From an uncultured Clostridia bacterium (GTDB taxonomy: Bacteria > Bacillota > Clostridia > Oscillospirales > Acutalibacteraceae): DNA of 61,536 nucleotides. The translations under genes and the position numbers were made by a program. Every line of letters starts with the position of its first letter. The first letter of the stretch is position 1. The notes under the pieces were generated by a model. That model did not search any database. It was not told the DNA's origin and was given only the letters and a program-made list of their open reading frames with translations. Of this stretch, positions 24,669 through 34,194 are shown piece after piece. Location of the stretch: positions 1 to 61,536 of the forward strand of contig CAMGDG010000001.1 of assembly GCA_946041635.1 (NCBI GenBank). The letters are read 5' to 3'.

Positions 24669-26279
24669 TTATTCACCGAGACTGTCGGTGATGCCTACTG
24701 TTTTGGTTGTGTTGTAGCATTCAAACATTTCGTCTGCACCCTGAGGCTTTGTCTTTTGTGTAAGAAGGCTTACAATGGGAACGATTATGAGTCCGCCTAC
24801 CATTGCAAATGAGCCTGAGTGAAGCGATGTTTTGAACACAACATCGGCAAGGAATGAACCCTGCGGGAATGAGAATACGCCGAAAGCAAGAAGAAGCTGG
24901 ATAATTTCAAGACCTACACCGTAGATAAATGATACTACAACAGCCGCTTTCGTTGTCTTTTTCCAATAAAGACCGTAAAGGAACGGCGCTAAGAATGCAC
25001 CTGCAAGTGCGCCCCATGAAACGCCCATCATCTGTGCAATATATTTTGTTATTTCCGATTTGCTGCTAACCTGGAATATGGCAATAGTAGCGGATATAAC
25101 GATAAACACAACGATAAGCAATCTCATTATAAGCATTTTGCTCTTTTCACTCATATCCTTTTTTCTGAGAGGGGCGATAAGGTCAAGTGTAACCGTTGAA
25201 CCGCTTGTGAGAACAAGAGAAGAAAGTGTGGACATTGATGCCGAAAGAACAAGCACTATAACTACCGCAATAAGTACGGGAGAAAGTGTTGAAAGCATTG
25301 TGGGAATTATTGAATCGAAACCGCCTGCGGGTTTACCTGTTTTGGCGTCAATTTCAATAACATTTGAGAAGAGTCTGCCGAATCCGCCCAAGAAATAGCA
25401 TCCGCCAGCAACAACGATTGCAAAGAAGGTGGAAATTATTGTGCCTTTTTTAATAGAATCCTCGTTTTTGATAGCGTAGAACTTACCGACCATCTGCGGA
25501 AGTCCCCATGTACCCAGGGAAGTGAGAATAACGACAAACAGGAGGAATAACGGGTCAGGCCCCAGGAAAGCGGTAAATGCACCGGCTCCTTCCCAGCCTT
25601 TGGCGCCTTCAACCATGGCAAGTGAATGTGTGGCTTCCAAAAGTCCGCCGTTTGCTTTAAGCACGGCAAGAATAACTGCCGTAATACCGGCAAGCATAAT
25701 GATACCCTGAATAAAATCGTTTATAGCGGTAGCCATATAGCCGCCTATGAGAACATAAATACCCGTAAGTACAGACATTACGATAACACATACAGAATAG
25801 TCGATTCCGTTGTAAGCCATTGAGAAAAGTCTTGAAAGACCGTTGAAAAGCGATGCGGTATAAGGAATCAAGAATACGAATGTAATAACGGACGCCGCAA
25901 CTTTGAGCCCCTTTGATTGGTATCTTGCGCCGAAGAAATCGGGCATTGTTTTAGAGCCGATTGCCTGAGTCATAATTCTTGTTCTTCTGCCCAGCACCAA
26001 CCAGGCAAGAAGTGAGCCGATAAATGCGTTACCGAGACCTATCCATGTAGAGGCAAGGCCGAAGTTCCAACCGAACTGACCGGCGTAGCCAACAAAGATA
26101 ACTGCGGAAAAGTATGATGTACCGAATGCAAAGGCGCTGAGCCACGGACCTACCGAGCGAGAGCCCAATACGAATCCGTTAACATCTGTTGCGTGCTTGC
26201 GTGAGCGCACGCCAATGCCGATCATGAGCGCAAAGAAGCACACAATAAGTGCTGTTGTAATAATCATTGTCGTGTTCAT
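24669..26279 (-). CDS. Sodium:solute symporter (SSS) family transporter
   Basis: 536 aa, about 13-14 TM helices, SSS-like sequence. Substrate unknown. Confidence 0.8.
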   Translation of the reverse strand: MNTTMIITTALIVCFFALMIGIGVRSRKHATDVNGFVLGSRSVGPWLSAFAFGTSYFSAVIFVGYAGQFGWNFGLASTWIGLGNAFIGSLLAWLVLGRRTRIMTQAIGSKTMPDFFGARYQSKGLKVAASVITFVFLIPYTASLFNGLSRLFSMAYNGIDYSVCVIVMSVLTGIYVLIGGYMATAINDFIQGIIMLAGITAVILAVLKANGGLLEATHSLAMVEGAKGWEGAGAFTAFLGPDPLFLLFVVILTSLGTWGLPQMVGKFYAIKNEDSIKKGTIISTFFAIVVAGGCYFLGGFGRLFSNVIEIDAKTGKPAGGFDSIIPTMLSTLSPVLIAVVIVLVLSASMSTLSSLVLTSGSTVTLDLIAPLRKKDMSEKSKMLIMRLLIVVFIVISATIAIFQVSSKSEITKYIAQMMGVSWGALAGAFLAPFLYGLYWKKTTKAAVVVSFIYGVGLEIIQLLLAFGVFSFPQGSFLADVVFKTSLHSGSFAMVGGLIIVPIVSLLTQKTKPQGADEMFECYNTTKTVGITDSLGE

Positions 26280-26306
26280 TTTTATTCTCCTTTACAGTGA
26301 ATGGGA

Positions 26307-27941
26307 TTATCTCTCATTCTGATCTGCTATTAAGTGTTCCGCACCGTAAATCTTACGAAGCAGAGGTTTTTCGATTTTGCCCGTGGGATTTCTCGGTACA
26401 TCGGCAAAAATTATCTTGCGCGGGCGTTTGTAACGGGGCATCGCAAGGCAGAATTCGTTGATTTCTTCCTCGGTTGATTCCATACCGTCCTTGATTTTTA
26501 TGATTGCGGCGGCAATTTCACCCAGTCTTTCGTCGGGGAGACCGATAACCGCAACATCGGAAACTTTATTGTTTGTGCGGATAAAATCTTCAATTTGAAC
26601 AGGATAAAGGTTTTCGCCGCCTGTAATAATAACATCTTTTTTGCGGTCAACAAGGAAAATAAAACCGTCCTCGTCTCTCATAGCCATATCGCCTGTGTAA
26701 AGCCAGCCGTCTTTTAAAACCTCTGCGGTGGCTTCGGGGTTTTTGTAGTAACACTCCATTACACCGTCTCCGCGCAGAATAAGCTCGCCCACATTCTGAC
26801 CTTCAACTTCTTTTCCGTTTTCGTCAACGATTTTTACTTCCCAACCGTATCCCGGAATACCGATAGCTCCTACTTTATGTACATTCTCTACACCGAGATG
26901 AACGGCGCCGGGGCCTATTGATTCGGAAAGACCGTAGTTTGTATCGTATTGATGATTGGGGAAATATTCCAGCCAATGCTTGATAAGACTTTGGGGAACG
27001 GGCTGTGCGCCGATGTGCATAAGTCTCCAACGGGACAAATCGTAATCGGAGAGCTTTAATTCGCCCGAATCAAGAGCGTTGAGAATATCCTGAGCCCACG
27101 GCACAAGAAGCCATACTATTGAACATTTTTCTTCCGAGGCGGTGCGAAGAATCCACTCGGGTTTTACTCCGCGGAGCAAAACTGCACGGCTTCCCGAGAT
27201 AAGCGAGCCGAACCAATGCATTTTTGCCCCTGTATGATAAAGGGGAGGGATGCAAAGGAAAACATCGTCCCGTCCTTGTGAATGGTGCTTCTGCTCAACC
27301 TTACAGGAGTGAACCAGCGAACGGTGTTTATGTAGAATAGCCTTCGGAAAGCCTGTTGTGCCCGATGAAAAATAGATAGCCGCATCGTCATCTTCACTGA
27401 GAGCCACAGGCGGTGCACTTGACGAACAAAAATTTAAAAGAGCGAGGCAGTTTTCGGTATAATCGGGACCGCCCTCTCCCACATAAAACATTTTAACGCC
27501 TGAAAGACTGTCGGCAATAACATTCATACGGCTGATAAATTCTTCACCGAAAATCAGAATTTCCACATCGGCAAGCTCAGCGCAGTATTTTATCTCATCG
27601 CTTGCGTACCGGAAATTCATAGGAACGGCAATACAGCCGGATTTAAGCACGCCGAAATAAATGGGCAGCCATTCAAGGCAATTCATAAGGAGTATGCCGA
27701 CCTTTGTACCCCTTTTTACACCTCGGCTTAAAAGCAGATTTGCAAATCGGTTTGCTCTGCGGTCAAAATCACGCCAGGTCATTTCACGGCGATAGGGAAC
27801 ATTTTGCGAATTGCTCTCTATTAAATTGAACTCACGCCATGTTACCGCACGGTCGCGCTCCTCTGACGGATTGATTTCCACCAAACTTACTTCCGAACCG
27901 TAAAGTCTGGCGTTTCTTTCCAAAAAATCAGTAATAACCAT
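26307..27941 (-). CDS. AMP-forming acyl-CoA synthetase (class I adenylate-forming)
   Basis: 544 aa with YFSSGTTGFPKA, YTGD and GKIEK motifs. Confidence 0.88.
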   Translation of the reverse strand: MVITDFLERNARLYGSEVSLVEINPSEERDRAVTWREFNLIESNSQNVPYRREMTWRDFDRRANRFANLLLSRGVKRGTKVGILLMNCLEWLPIYFGVLKSGCIAVPMNFRYASDEIKYCAELADVEILIFGEEFISRMNVIADSLSGVKMFYVGEGGPDYTENCLALLNFCSSSAPPVALSEDDDAAIYFSSGTTGFPKAILHKHRSLVHSCKVEQKHHSQGRDDVFLCIPPLYHTGAKMHWFGSLISGSRAVLLRGVKPEWILRTASEEKCSIVWLLVPWAQDILNALDSGELKLSDYDLSRWRLMHIGAQPVPQSLIKHWLEYFPNHQYDTNYGLSESIGPGAVHLGVENVHKVGAIGIPGYGWEVKIVDENGKEVEGQNVGELILRGDGVMECYYKNPEATAEVLKDGWLYTGDMAMRDEDGFIFLVDRKKDVIITGGENLYPVQIEDFIRTNNKVSDVAVIGLPDERLGEIAAAIIKIKDGMESTEEEINEFCLAMPRYKRPRKIIFADVPRNPTGKIEKPLLRKIYGAEHLIADQNER

Positions 27942-27983
27942 TTTCCTTCTCCTATAATTACATTGTACATAATGCGCTTTTAC

Positions 27984-28012
27984 ATTTTAACACTTTTCAC
28001 CGTTAAAGTCAA
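27984..28012 (-). promoter_or_regulatory. Promoter of the acyl-CoA ligase/SSS/iorAB/paaK/ACT operon
   Basis: The minus strand reads TTGACT (28012-28007), 17 nt, TAAAAT (27989-27984). Confidence 0.6.
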
Positions 28013-28067
28013 CAGAAGCAAGAAAAAACATATATAAAGAAAGGCACATATATTTATTAAAAATGAC

Positions 28068-28114
28068 AAAAAACAGCCTCGTTTATGCCGAGCGCTTAAA
28101 CGAAGCTGTTTTTT
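28068..28114. terminator. Terminator after the ltaS-like gene (minus strand)
   Basis: ACAGCCTCGTTTA ... TAAACGAAGCTGT stem (one mismatch) flanked by A and T runs. Confidence 0.75.
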
Positions 28115-28118
28115 ACAA

Positions 28119-29966
28119 TTATTTCTTGCCTTTTATAAGTCTTTTCTTATCAACCAAAATATTTTCGTTATAGAAATTACTGCGGTTGGTAAGCTCTTTG
28201 TTAACCTTTTGAATGCCGTCTCTTTCAACAAGAGTGGGAGTATCGGAAAACAGGTTCGTACCGATAGCCAGGCGGTCGCCGCTTATTTCTACACCCATAC
28301 TTGCAAGAATTGTGGGGTACATATCAAACATTGCCCATTGGCGGTTATATGTGCGGCTCTTATCAATATTTTTAACATTGTCGGCAGGATTTAAAATCAG
28401 GTTAAAGCAGGTACGCTGATAGCTTTTATCCATATTCTCAAAGAAAGCGGAAGCCATACTTAAATGGTCGCCGATCATTACAATGGTAGTGTTTTCATAG
28501 AAAGGCTGTTCCTGAATCCAGCGGACAAACTTTACAGCTTCTTTCTGACTGTAATAAATTGCGTTTGCATACTGACTGTCGAACCTCTTTTCGGCTTTGG
28601 AGCTTAAATACCCGTCGGGAGCGTGGGTGTCGGCAGTTTCCATTACGAAATTGAAAGGCTTACCTGTTTCTGCAAGGCGCGTAAGCTCTTTTTGTGCAAA
28701 TTCATAGAGCTTGTCGTCCTCATATCCCCACCATACCTTGTAATCCTCGGGAATCCAACCTTTTTCCTTAACGCCGTTATAGTCGAGTATATTGAATTTG
28801 CCGTGGGATTCAAAATAGAAATTGAGTCCGCCGAAAGTAGCGTCTGCACCAAACATAAGAGTTTGTTCGTAACCGTTTTCGTAAAGAATATCGCCGAGAG
28901 CCGTAGCGCCGGGCAGGAAATTGTCCTTTTGACCGTAGCTGTTGCCGTCAACGGGAACTTTCATGGGAAGGCCCGTAGTCATATTTACCATACCTGCAAC
29001 CGACCAACCCGAGCCTGTTGAGGGGTAAGGACCGCCAAAGGTATCGGCAGTGTGGGAAAAGCTTATACCCTCTTTTGCAAGCTCCGCCAAATCGGGCATA
29101 AGGTTTTCATTCATATTTCCGCCTAAATCCTTTGAAAAATATGTATTTTCCATAGATTCAAGGTATATGTGAATAAGATTTCTCTTCTTTTCGGGGAAGG
29201 TGATTTTCACTTCTGCGGGATCGGCATAGTTATCTTCAATGTATGATGTGCCCGATACATATGCGGCGTATAAATCCATAAGATGGAATCTTGTAATTCC
29301 GAAGGCCAGACCGCCTGCGAGGATTGCGGCGGCAAGCACCAGACTAATAATTCTGATTGCAAGACCGGGCAAAAATGCGTATTGTTTTTCATTTTTACTG
29401 TATACAATTTTATATGAAGGAAAAATCAAAAGGCAGAAAACAGCCGTTAATACCGCCGTTATAAGCACAGGACCTTCAAGTACGGAAATATATACTCCCA
29501 CATCCGTTCCCTCAATGGGCGAGTTAAGATTTATGATAATCTGGTCGGGAGAAAGGTCGCCGAAGGCCTGCTTGCCCCAAACTGTGCCTGTAATTGCCGC
29601 TAAGCCCAAAGCGAACATTACTGCGGCAAAAATCCGCATAACCCAAGCTCCCGCCTTTCTCTTCGGCTTTGAGGGCTCAACGGTTATGAATTTCTTTAAA
29701 AAGCCCATTAAAGCCAAGAATATCAAGCCGATAACTAATGCGAGGGCAAGGTATTTTAATGCGTATTTAGGCCCGTGCATGGACGGGACAAAAACATTTG
29801 ATACATTTAGCAAGTATTTCATAACGGAAAATGTCAGCAGATTTGTAACAATCACATCACGGAATACTGCGTTAATACAAGTGGCAGGACTGCGTTTTTC
29901 GGTGAAAAGCCAAATATCAGCCGCACCGATTAAAAGTCCTGTAAACAAAGCACAACCCCAAAGCAT
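28119..29966 (-). CDS. LTA synthase family protein (membrane-anchored sulfatase-fold phosphoglycerol transferase)
   Basis: 615 aa with N-terminal TM helices and an extracellular sulfatase domain (ETADTHAP, MIGDHLSM). Confidence 0.85.
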   Translation of the reverse strand: MLWGCALFTGLLIGAADIWLFTEKRSPATCINAVFRDVIVTNLLTFSVMKYLLNVSNVFVPSMHGPKYALKYLALALVIGLIFLALMGFLKKFITVEPSKPKRKAGAWVMRIFAAVMFALGLAAITGTVWGKQAFGDLSPDQIIINLNSPIEGTDVGVYISVLEGPVLITAVLTAVFCLLIFPSYKIVYSKNEKQYAFLPGLAIRIISLVLAAAILAGGLAFGITRFHLMDLYAAYVSGTSYIEDNYADPAEVKITFPEKKRNLIHIYLESMENTYFSKDLGGNMNENLMPDLAELAKEGISFSHTADTFGGPYPSTGSGWSVAGMVNMTTGLPMKVPVDGNSYGQKDNFLPGATALGDILYENGYEQTLMFGADATFGGLNFYFESHGKFNILDYNGVKEKGWIPEDYKVWWGYEDDKLYEFAQKELTRLAETGKPFNFVMETADTHAPDGYLSSKAEKRFDSQYANAIYYSQKEAVKFVRWIQEQPFYENTTIVMIGDHLSMASAFFENMDKSYQRTCFNLILNPADNVKNIDKSRTYNRQWAMFDMYPTILASMGVEISGDRLAIGTNLFSDTPTLVERDGIQKVNKELTNRSNFYNENILVDKKRLIKGKK

Positions 29967-30067
29967 ATTAAAATCTCCTTTTGCTTAATTTAATATATTC
30001 TACCATATAAAGTCAGTATTTACAATACCGTCAAAAGAATTAACTTCTGTGTGTACTGTTGTTACGC

Positions 30068-33000
30068 TCATTTTTTATCCGCTTCTTTATTGTTGCGTAC
30101 CGCTTCAACGGCGCCAAAAATCTCTTTCAAGGTGTCAAGAGGGTTCTGACCGGGAAGTTTTTTAACGTTTATACTTTTTTTGCCCGTGGAGGTTACGCTG
30201 ACTCTGCCTCTTAAAACAGAGGAGATGTCAAGCACGAGAGAGGCGTTGATATCGTCGCAGTAAAGCGCTATTATATCGCCTCGCTGACCTATTTCAAAAA
30301 TTCCCATGGAAGATGCGGTGTTTCTGCAAAGAGAAACCTCGATAAGACCGTCAACAGAGGGCGGAACATCACCGAAACGGTCACGAAGCTCGTCGCGTAC
30401 ATCTTCTGCGTCCTCAAATGTGCGCACATCGGCAATTCTGCGGTAAACGGCGAGCCTTTGGGGGAGAGCGGAAATGTATTTATCGGGTATATGGGCGTTT
30501 ATCTGCAAGTCGATAAGACATTCTCTTGTCTTTTTGGGCGTTTCGCCCTTTTCTTGGCTTATAGCCTCCGATAAAAGCTTCATATACATATCGTATCCCA
30601 CAGCCGCAAGGTGACCGTGCTGCTGTGCGCCCAAAAGATTGCCTGCACCCCTGATTTCAAGGTCACGCATGGCAATTTTAAAGCCTGAACCGAATTCCGT
30701 ATATTCCCTGATTGCCTGCAACCTTTTGTATGCCACTTCCGATAAATTCTTATCACGCTTGTATGTGAGATATGCGCTTGCTCTGCGTGCGCTTCTGCCC
30801 ACACGGCCTCTTAACTGGTGAAGCTGGGCAAGCCCCAATTTGTCTGCGTCCTCAATAATCAGCGTGTTGGCGTTGGGAACATCAACACCCGTTTCAATTA
30901 TGGTGGTGCAAACAAGTATATCAATTTCGCCGTTCATAAGGTCACGCCATATATCACTTAACTGCTCCTCGTTCATTTTCCCGTGTGCAACGGCTATGCG
31001 TGCTTCGGGCAGGTATTCCTTTATCGAGGCGGCAACACCGTCGATGGTTTCCGTTCTGTTGTGCAGAAAATATACCTGACCGCCTCTGCGCAGTTCCTTT
31101 TCCATGGCCTCGCAGAGAAGGGGCATACTGTGCTCCACAACATAGGTCTGAACAGGGAAACGGTCAGAGGGAGCTTCCTCGATAACCGACATATCGCGTA
31201 TCCCCGACATTGCCATATTCAGCGTTCTGGGAATAGGCGTAGCCGAAAGGGTAAGCACATCAACATTTGGGAATTTTTCTTTCAGCTTTTCTTTTTGACG
31301 GACGCCGAAGCGTTGCTCCTCATCAACAATCAAAAGCCCTAAATCCTTGAATTTAATATCCTTTGAAATAAGCCTGTGAGTGCCCACAATTATATCAATA
31401 AACCCTGAATTAACGCCCTTTATTATTTTTGATTGCTGTGTGGGCGTGCGGAAGCGTGAGAGCATCTCCGACTCAACGGGAAAGCCCTCAAATCTTTTCA
31501 ATATGGTTTGATAATGCTGTAACGCAAGAATGGTGGTGGGTACAAGTATGGCGCATTGCTTTCCGTCTGCAACGCATTTGAATACGGCACGAAGAGCCAC
31601 TTCCGTTTTGCCGAAGCCCACATCTCCGCAAAGAAGTCTGTCCATAGGATGAGGCTTTTCCATATCGTTCTTTATTTCGTCAATACAGCGAAGCTGGTCG
31701 CCTGTTTCCTCGTATTCAAAACGGCGTTCAAAATCCGCCTGCATATCAATATCGGGAGAAAAAGCGTAGCCGTCGGAGTTCATACGCTGTGAATAAAGCT
31801 TTATAAGCTCATCCGCCATATCCTTGACGGCGGTACGAACACGGCTTCTTGTCTTTTCCCAGTCGTTGCCGCCGAGACGGTTTAATTTCAGCGCCTTGCC
31901 GTCGTCCTCATGTGGACCGATATATTTTGAAACAAGGTCAAGCTGTGTAACGGGAACATATAAAACATCGCTTTTTGCGTATTTTATCTTAATGTAATCC
32001 TTAACGATTTTACCCGATTCAAGCTGTGTTACACCGTCAAAAATACCGATACCGTGAACGGAATGAACAATATAATCGCCTTTTTTTAACTCGTCAAGCG
32101 AATGAATTGTATCTCTTGCCTTAAAGCCCGTGTTCCTGCGTTTGGCTTTTGTTGTGTAAACCTTTGAATAGGTGAATATAAACAGCTTTTCCCTCTGATA
32201 TGAAAATCCCGATGAAAGGGAGCCGGGAAGCACGGATACGGCTCCTTTCGGAAATTCGGCAGGAATAACGGGAAAATAAACCGAGGGTATTTTTTCGTCA
32301 TTGAGAGTTTCTGCTAAATTCTTTGCGCTTTTGTCCGTTCCCGAAAAGACCGCAACGGTGCTTTCTTTGGAAAGCAAGGGCTTAATATCCTCCGTCAGCA
32401 CATCAAGCCTACCGTTCCAAACGGGAAGAGTGCCGCCGTCAAAGGTTGTGAGACTTTTAACGGGAGTATCAAAACTGCCTCTCGCAAAATTATCCATATA
32501 TGTGGCTTTAAGTGCTTCGTATTTCTGCACCAACTCGGCAAAGGTGAGGGAAAACTTATCAAGCCCCTTGCAAAGAGTTCCGTCTTCAAGACCTGCTTTA
32601 ATATCTTCAAGTAAAAGCTTTTGAGCACCGGACAGCCTTTCTTTAATGCCCCCTGTTTCAAGAGCGAAAAGCATATAATCTTCGGCATAGTCAAAAACAG
32701 TTGCCGCCTCGTAAATCAGCGGCATATATTTGTCAATACATGAGGGCTTTAATCCGGATTTAAGCCTGTCAATATCCTCAAAAAGTTTTTCTTTAACTGC
32801 GTCTGTTTTCTTTCCTCTGAGAGAAGATACAAGCTTCTGTATTTTTCCCGCCAGAGTATTGTTGTCGTCAATTATTATCTCCTTTGACGGAGCAATAAGT
32901 ATTTCGTCAATATTCATTGTGCGCCGCTGCGACTGCACATCAAAACGGCACATAGTGTCAACCGTGTCGCCCCACAGTTCAATTCTTACAGGCTCCTCGT

Positions 33001-33556
33001 CATCGGGAGAGAAAAAGTCGATAATTCCCCCTCGGCAGGAAAACTGCCCAACGCCCTCAACGGCGTCAACACGCACATAGCCTGCGCAGTTTAACGCAAA
33101 AAGAATGGAGTCAAGAGAGGATTCCTCGCCCTTTTTGAGCAGAACGGATTTTTCCCTCAAAACATCGGGTGGGATTGTAAATGAAGCCGCCGCCTCGGCA
33201 CAGGCAACAACAATATCGCATTTACCGTCCAGCATACGGCGCAGAGCCTTTATTCGCTTTTGCTCATATTCATAAGACTGACCGTCTGTGGCATAGAGAG
33301 AAAGACTGCGTGAAGGAAAATGCAGTACACAGCGACCGAAAGCGGATAAATCATCACAAAGCTTTATTGCGGTGCTCTCATCGGGAACGACAACAAGAGC
33401 CTTTCTTTGAAGGCTCTCGGTAAGTGATGAAATAATATGGGCTTTCTGCACGGGAATAAGACCTAAAACGCCTTGCGGCAAAAAGCCTTTTTTTATACTG
33501 CCCTCAACCGCCGAATATTCGGCAGAGTTAAGAATTGCTTTTGTGAATGCGGACAT
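30068..33556 (-). CDS. mfd: Transcription-repair coupling factor
   Basis: 1162 aa with GDVGFGKTEV, DEEQRFG and a CarD-like domain; pth-mfd synteny. Confidence 0.97.
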   Translation of the reverse strand: MSAFTKAILNSAEYSAVEGSIKKGFLPQGVLGLIPVQKAHIISSLTESLQRKALVVVPDESTAIKLCDDLSAFGRCVLHFPSRSLSLYATDGQSYEYEQKRIKALRRMLDGKCDIVVACAEAAASFTIPPDVLREKSVLLKKGEESSLDSILFALNCAGYVRVDAVEGVGQFSCRGGIIDFFSPDDEEPVRIELWGDTVDTMCRFDVQSQRRTMNIDEILIAPSKEIIIDDNNTLAGKIQKLVSSLRGKKTDAVKEKLFEDIDRLKSGLKPSCIDKYMPLIYEAATVFDYAEDYMLFALETGGIKERLSGAQKLLLEDIKAGLEDGTLCKGLDKFSLTFAELVQKYEALKATYMDNFARGSFDTPVKSLTTFDGGTLPVWNGRLDVLTEDIKPLLSKESTVAVFSGTDKSAKNLAETLNDEKIPSVYFPVIPAEFPKGAVSVLPGSLSSGFSYQREKLFIFTYSKVYTTKAKRRNTGFKARDTIHSLDELKKGDYIVHSVHGIGIFDGVTQLESGKIVKDYIKIKYAKSDVLYVPVTQLDLVSKYIGPHEDDGKALKLNRLGGNDWEKTRSRVRTAVKDMADELIKLYSQRMNSDGYAFSPDIDMQADFERRFEYEETGDQLRCIDEIKNDMEKPHPMDRLLCGDVGFGKTEVALRAVFKCVADGKQCAILVPTTILALQHYQTILKRFEGFPVESEMLSRFRTPTQQSKIIKGVNSGFIDIIVGTHRLISKDIKFKDLGLLIVDEEQRFGVRQKEKLKEKFPNVDVLTLSATPIPRTLNMAMSGIRDMSVIEEAPSDRFPVQTYVVEHSMPLLCEAMEKELRRGGQVYFLHNRTETIDGVAASIKEYLPEARIAVAHGKMNEEQLSDIWRDLMNGEIDILVCTTIIETGVDVPNANTLIIEDADKLGLAQLHQLRGRVGRSARRASAYLTYKRDKNLSEVAYKRLQAIREYTEFGSGFKIAMRDLEIRGAGNLLGAQQHGHLAAVGYDMYMKLLSEAISQEKGETPKKTRECLIDLQINAHIPDKYISALPQRLAVYRRIADVRTFEDAEDVRDELRDRFGDVPPSVDGLIEVSLCRNTASSMGIFEIGQRGDIIALYCDDINASLVLDISSVLRGRVSVTSTGKKSINVKKLPGQNPLDTLKEIFGAVEAVRNNKEADKK

Positions 33557-33564
33557 ATGCTACC

Positions 33565-34176
33565 TCAACTGTTAAATTGATTCATTGCCTTGTCTGTTTC
33601 GCCGTTAACAATAAGTTCAATGGCGTCGCAGGCATTTTTTAAAACGGGTTCTAATGCTTCAAGCTCTTTTTTTGTAAATTCCGAAAGCACCCAATCTGCC
33701 AAATCGTAGTCAGGGTGGGGCTTTTTACCTATGCCAATCTTAATTCGGGGGAATCGGTCGTTGTTCAGGTGATATATAATGTTTTTTACGCCGTTTTGAC
33801 CGCCGTCGCTTCCCTTGCGCCTTATACGCATTTTGCCCACATCAAGATTTATATCGTCGCATATCACGATTATGTTTTCAGGGGGGATTTTATAAAATTC
33901 GGCACAGTCTCTAACAGCCTCGCCGCTGAGATTCATATATGTTTGCGGCTTCATAACAATACAGCGGTGACCGCCTATAACGGCATCGCCGATAAGGGAC
34001 TTGAATTTTAAACGGTTAACCTGAAAGCCTAATTTATCTGCCAGCATATCAACGCACAAAAACCCCGAATTGTGTCGTGTATAGGTGTATTTCCTATCGG
34101 GATTTCCAAGCCCCGCCACGATAAATTCAGGTGTGCCGACAGATACAGGAGCAGTTTTTCTGAATCTGTTGAACAT
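33565..34176 (-). CDS. pth: Peptidyl-tRNA hydrolase
   Basis: Contains GLGNP...YTRHNSGF. The ~20-aa N-terminal extension makes the start uncertain. Confidence 0.9.
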   Translation of the reverse strand: MFNRFRKTAPVSVGTPEFIVAGLGNPDRKYTYTRHNSGFLCVDMLADKLGFQVNRLKFKSLIGDAVIGGHRCIVMKPQTYMNLSGEAVRDCAEFYKIPPENIIVICDDINLDVGKMRIRRKGSDGGQNGVKNIIYHLNNDRFPRIKIGIGKKPHPDYDLADWVLSEFTKKELEALEPVLKNACDAIELIVNGETDKAMNQFNS

Positions 34177-34194
34177 ATTTTGTTTTACCTCTTT

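Noticed and set aside
29239-29988. 249-aa plus-strand ORF
   Set aside because: It is fully antisense to the LTA-synthase-family gene. The translation is low-complexity and has no recognisable motifs.
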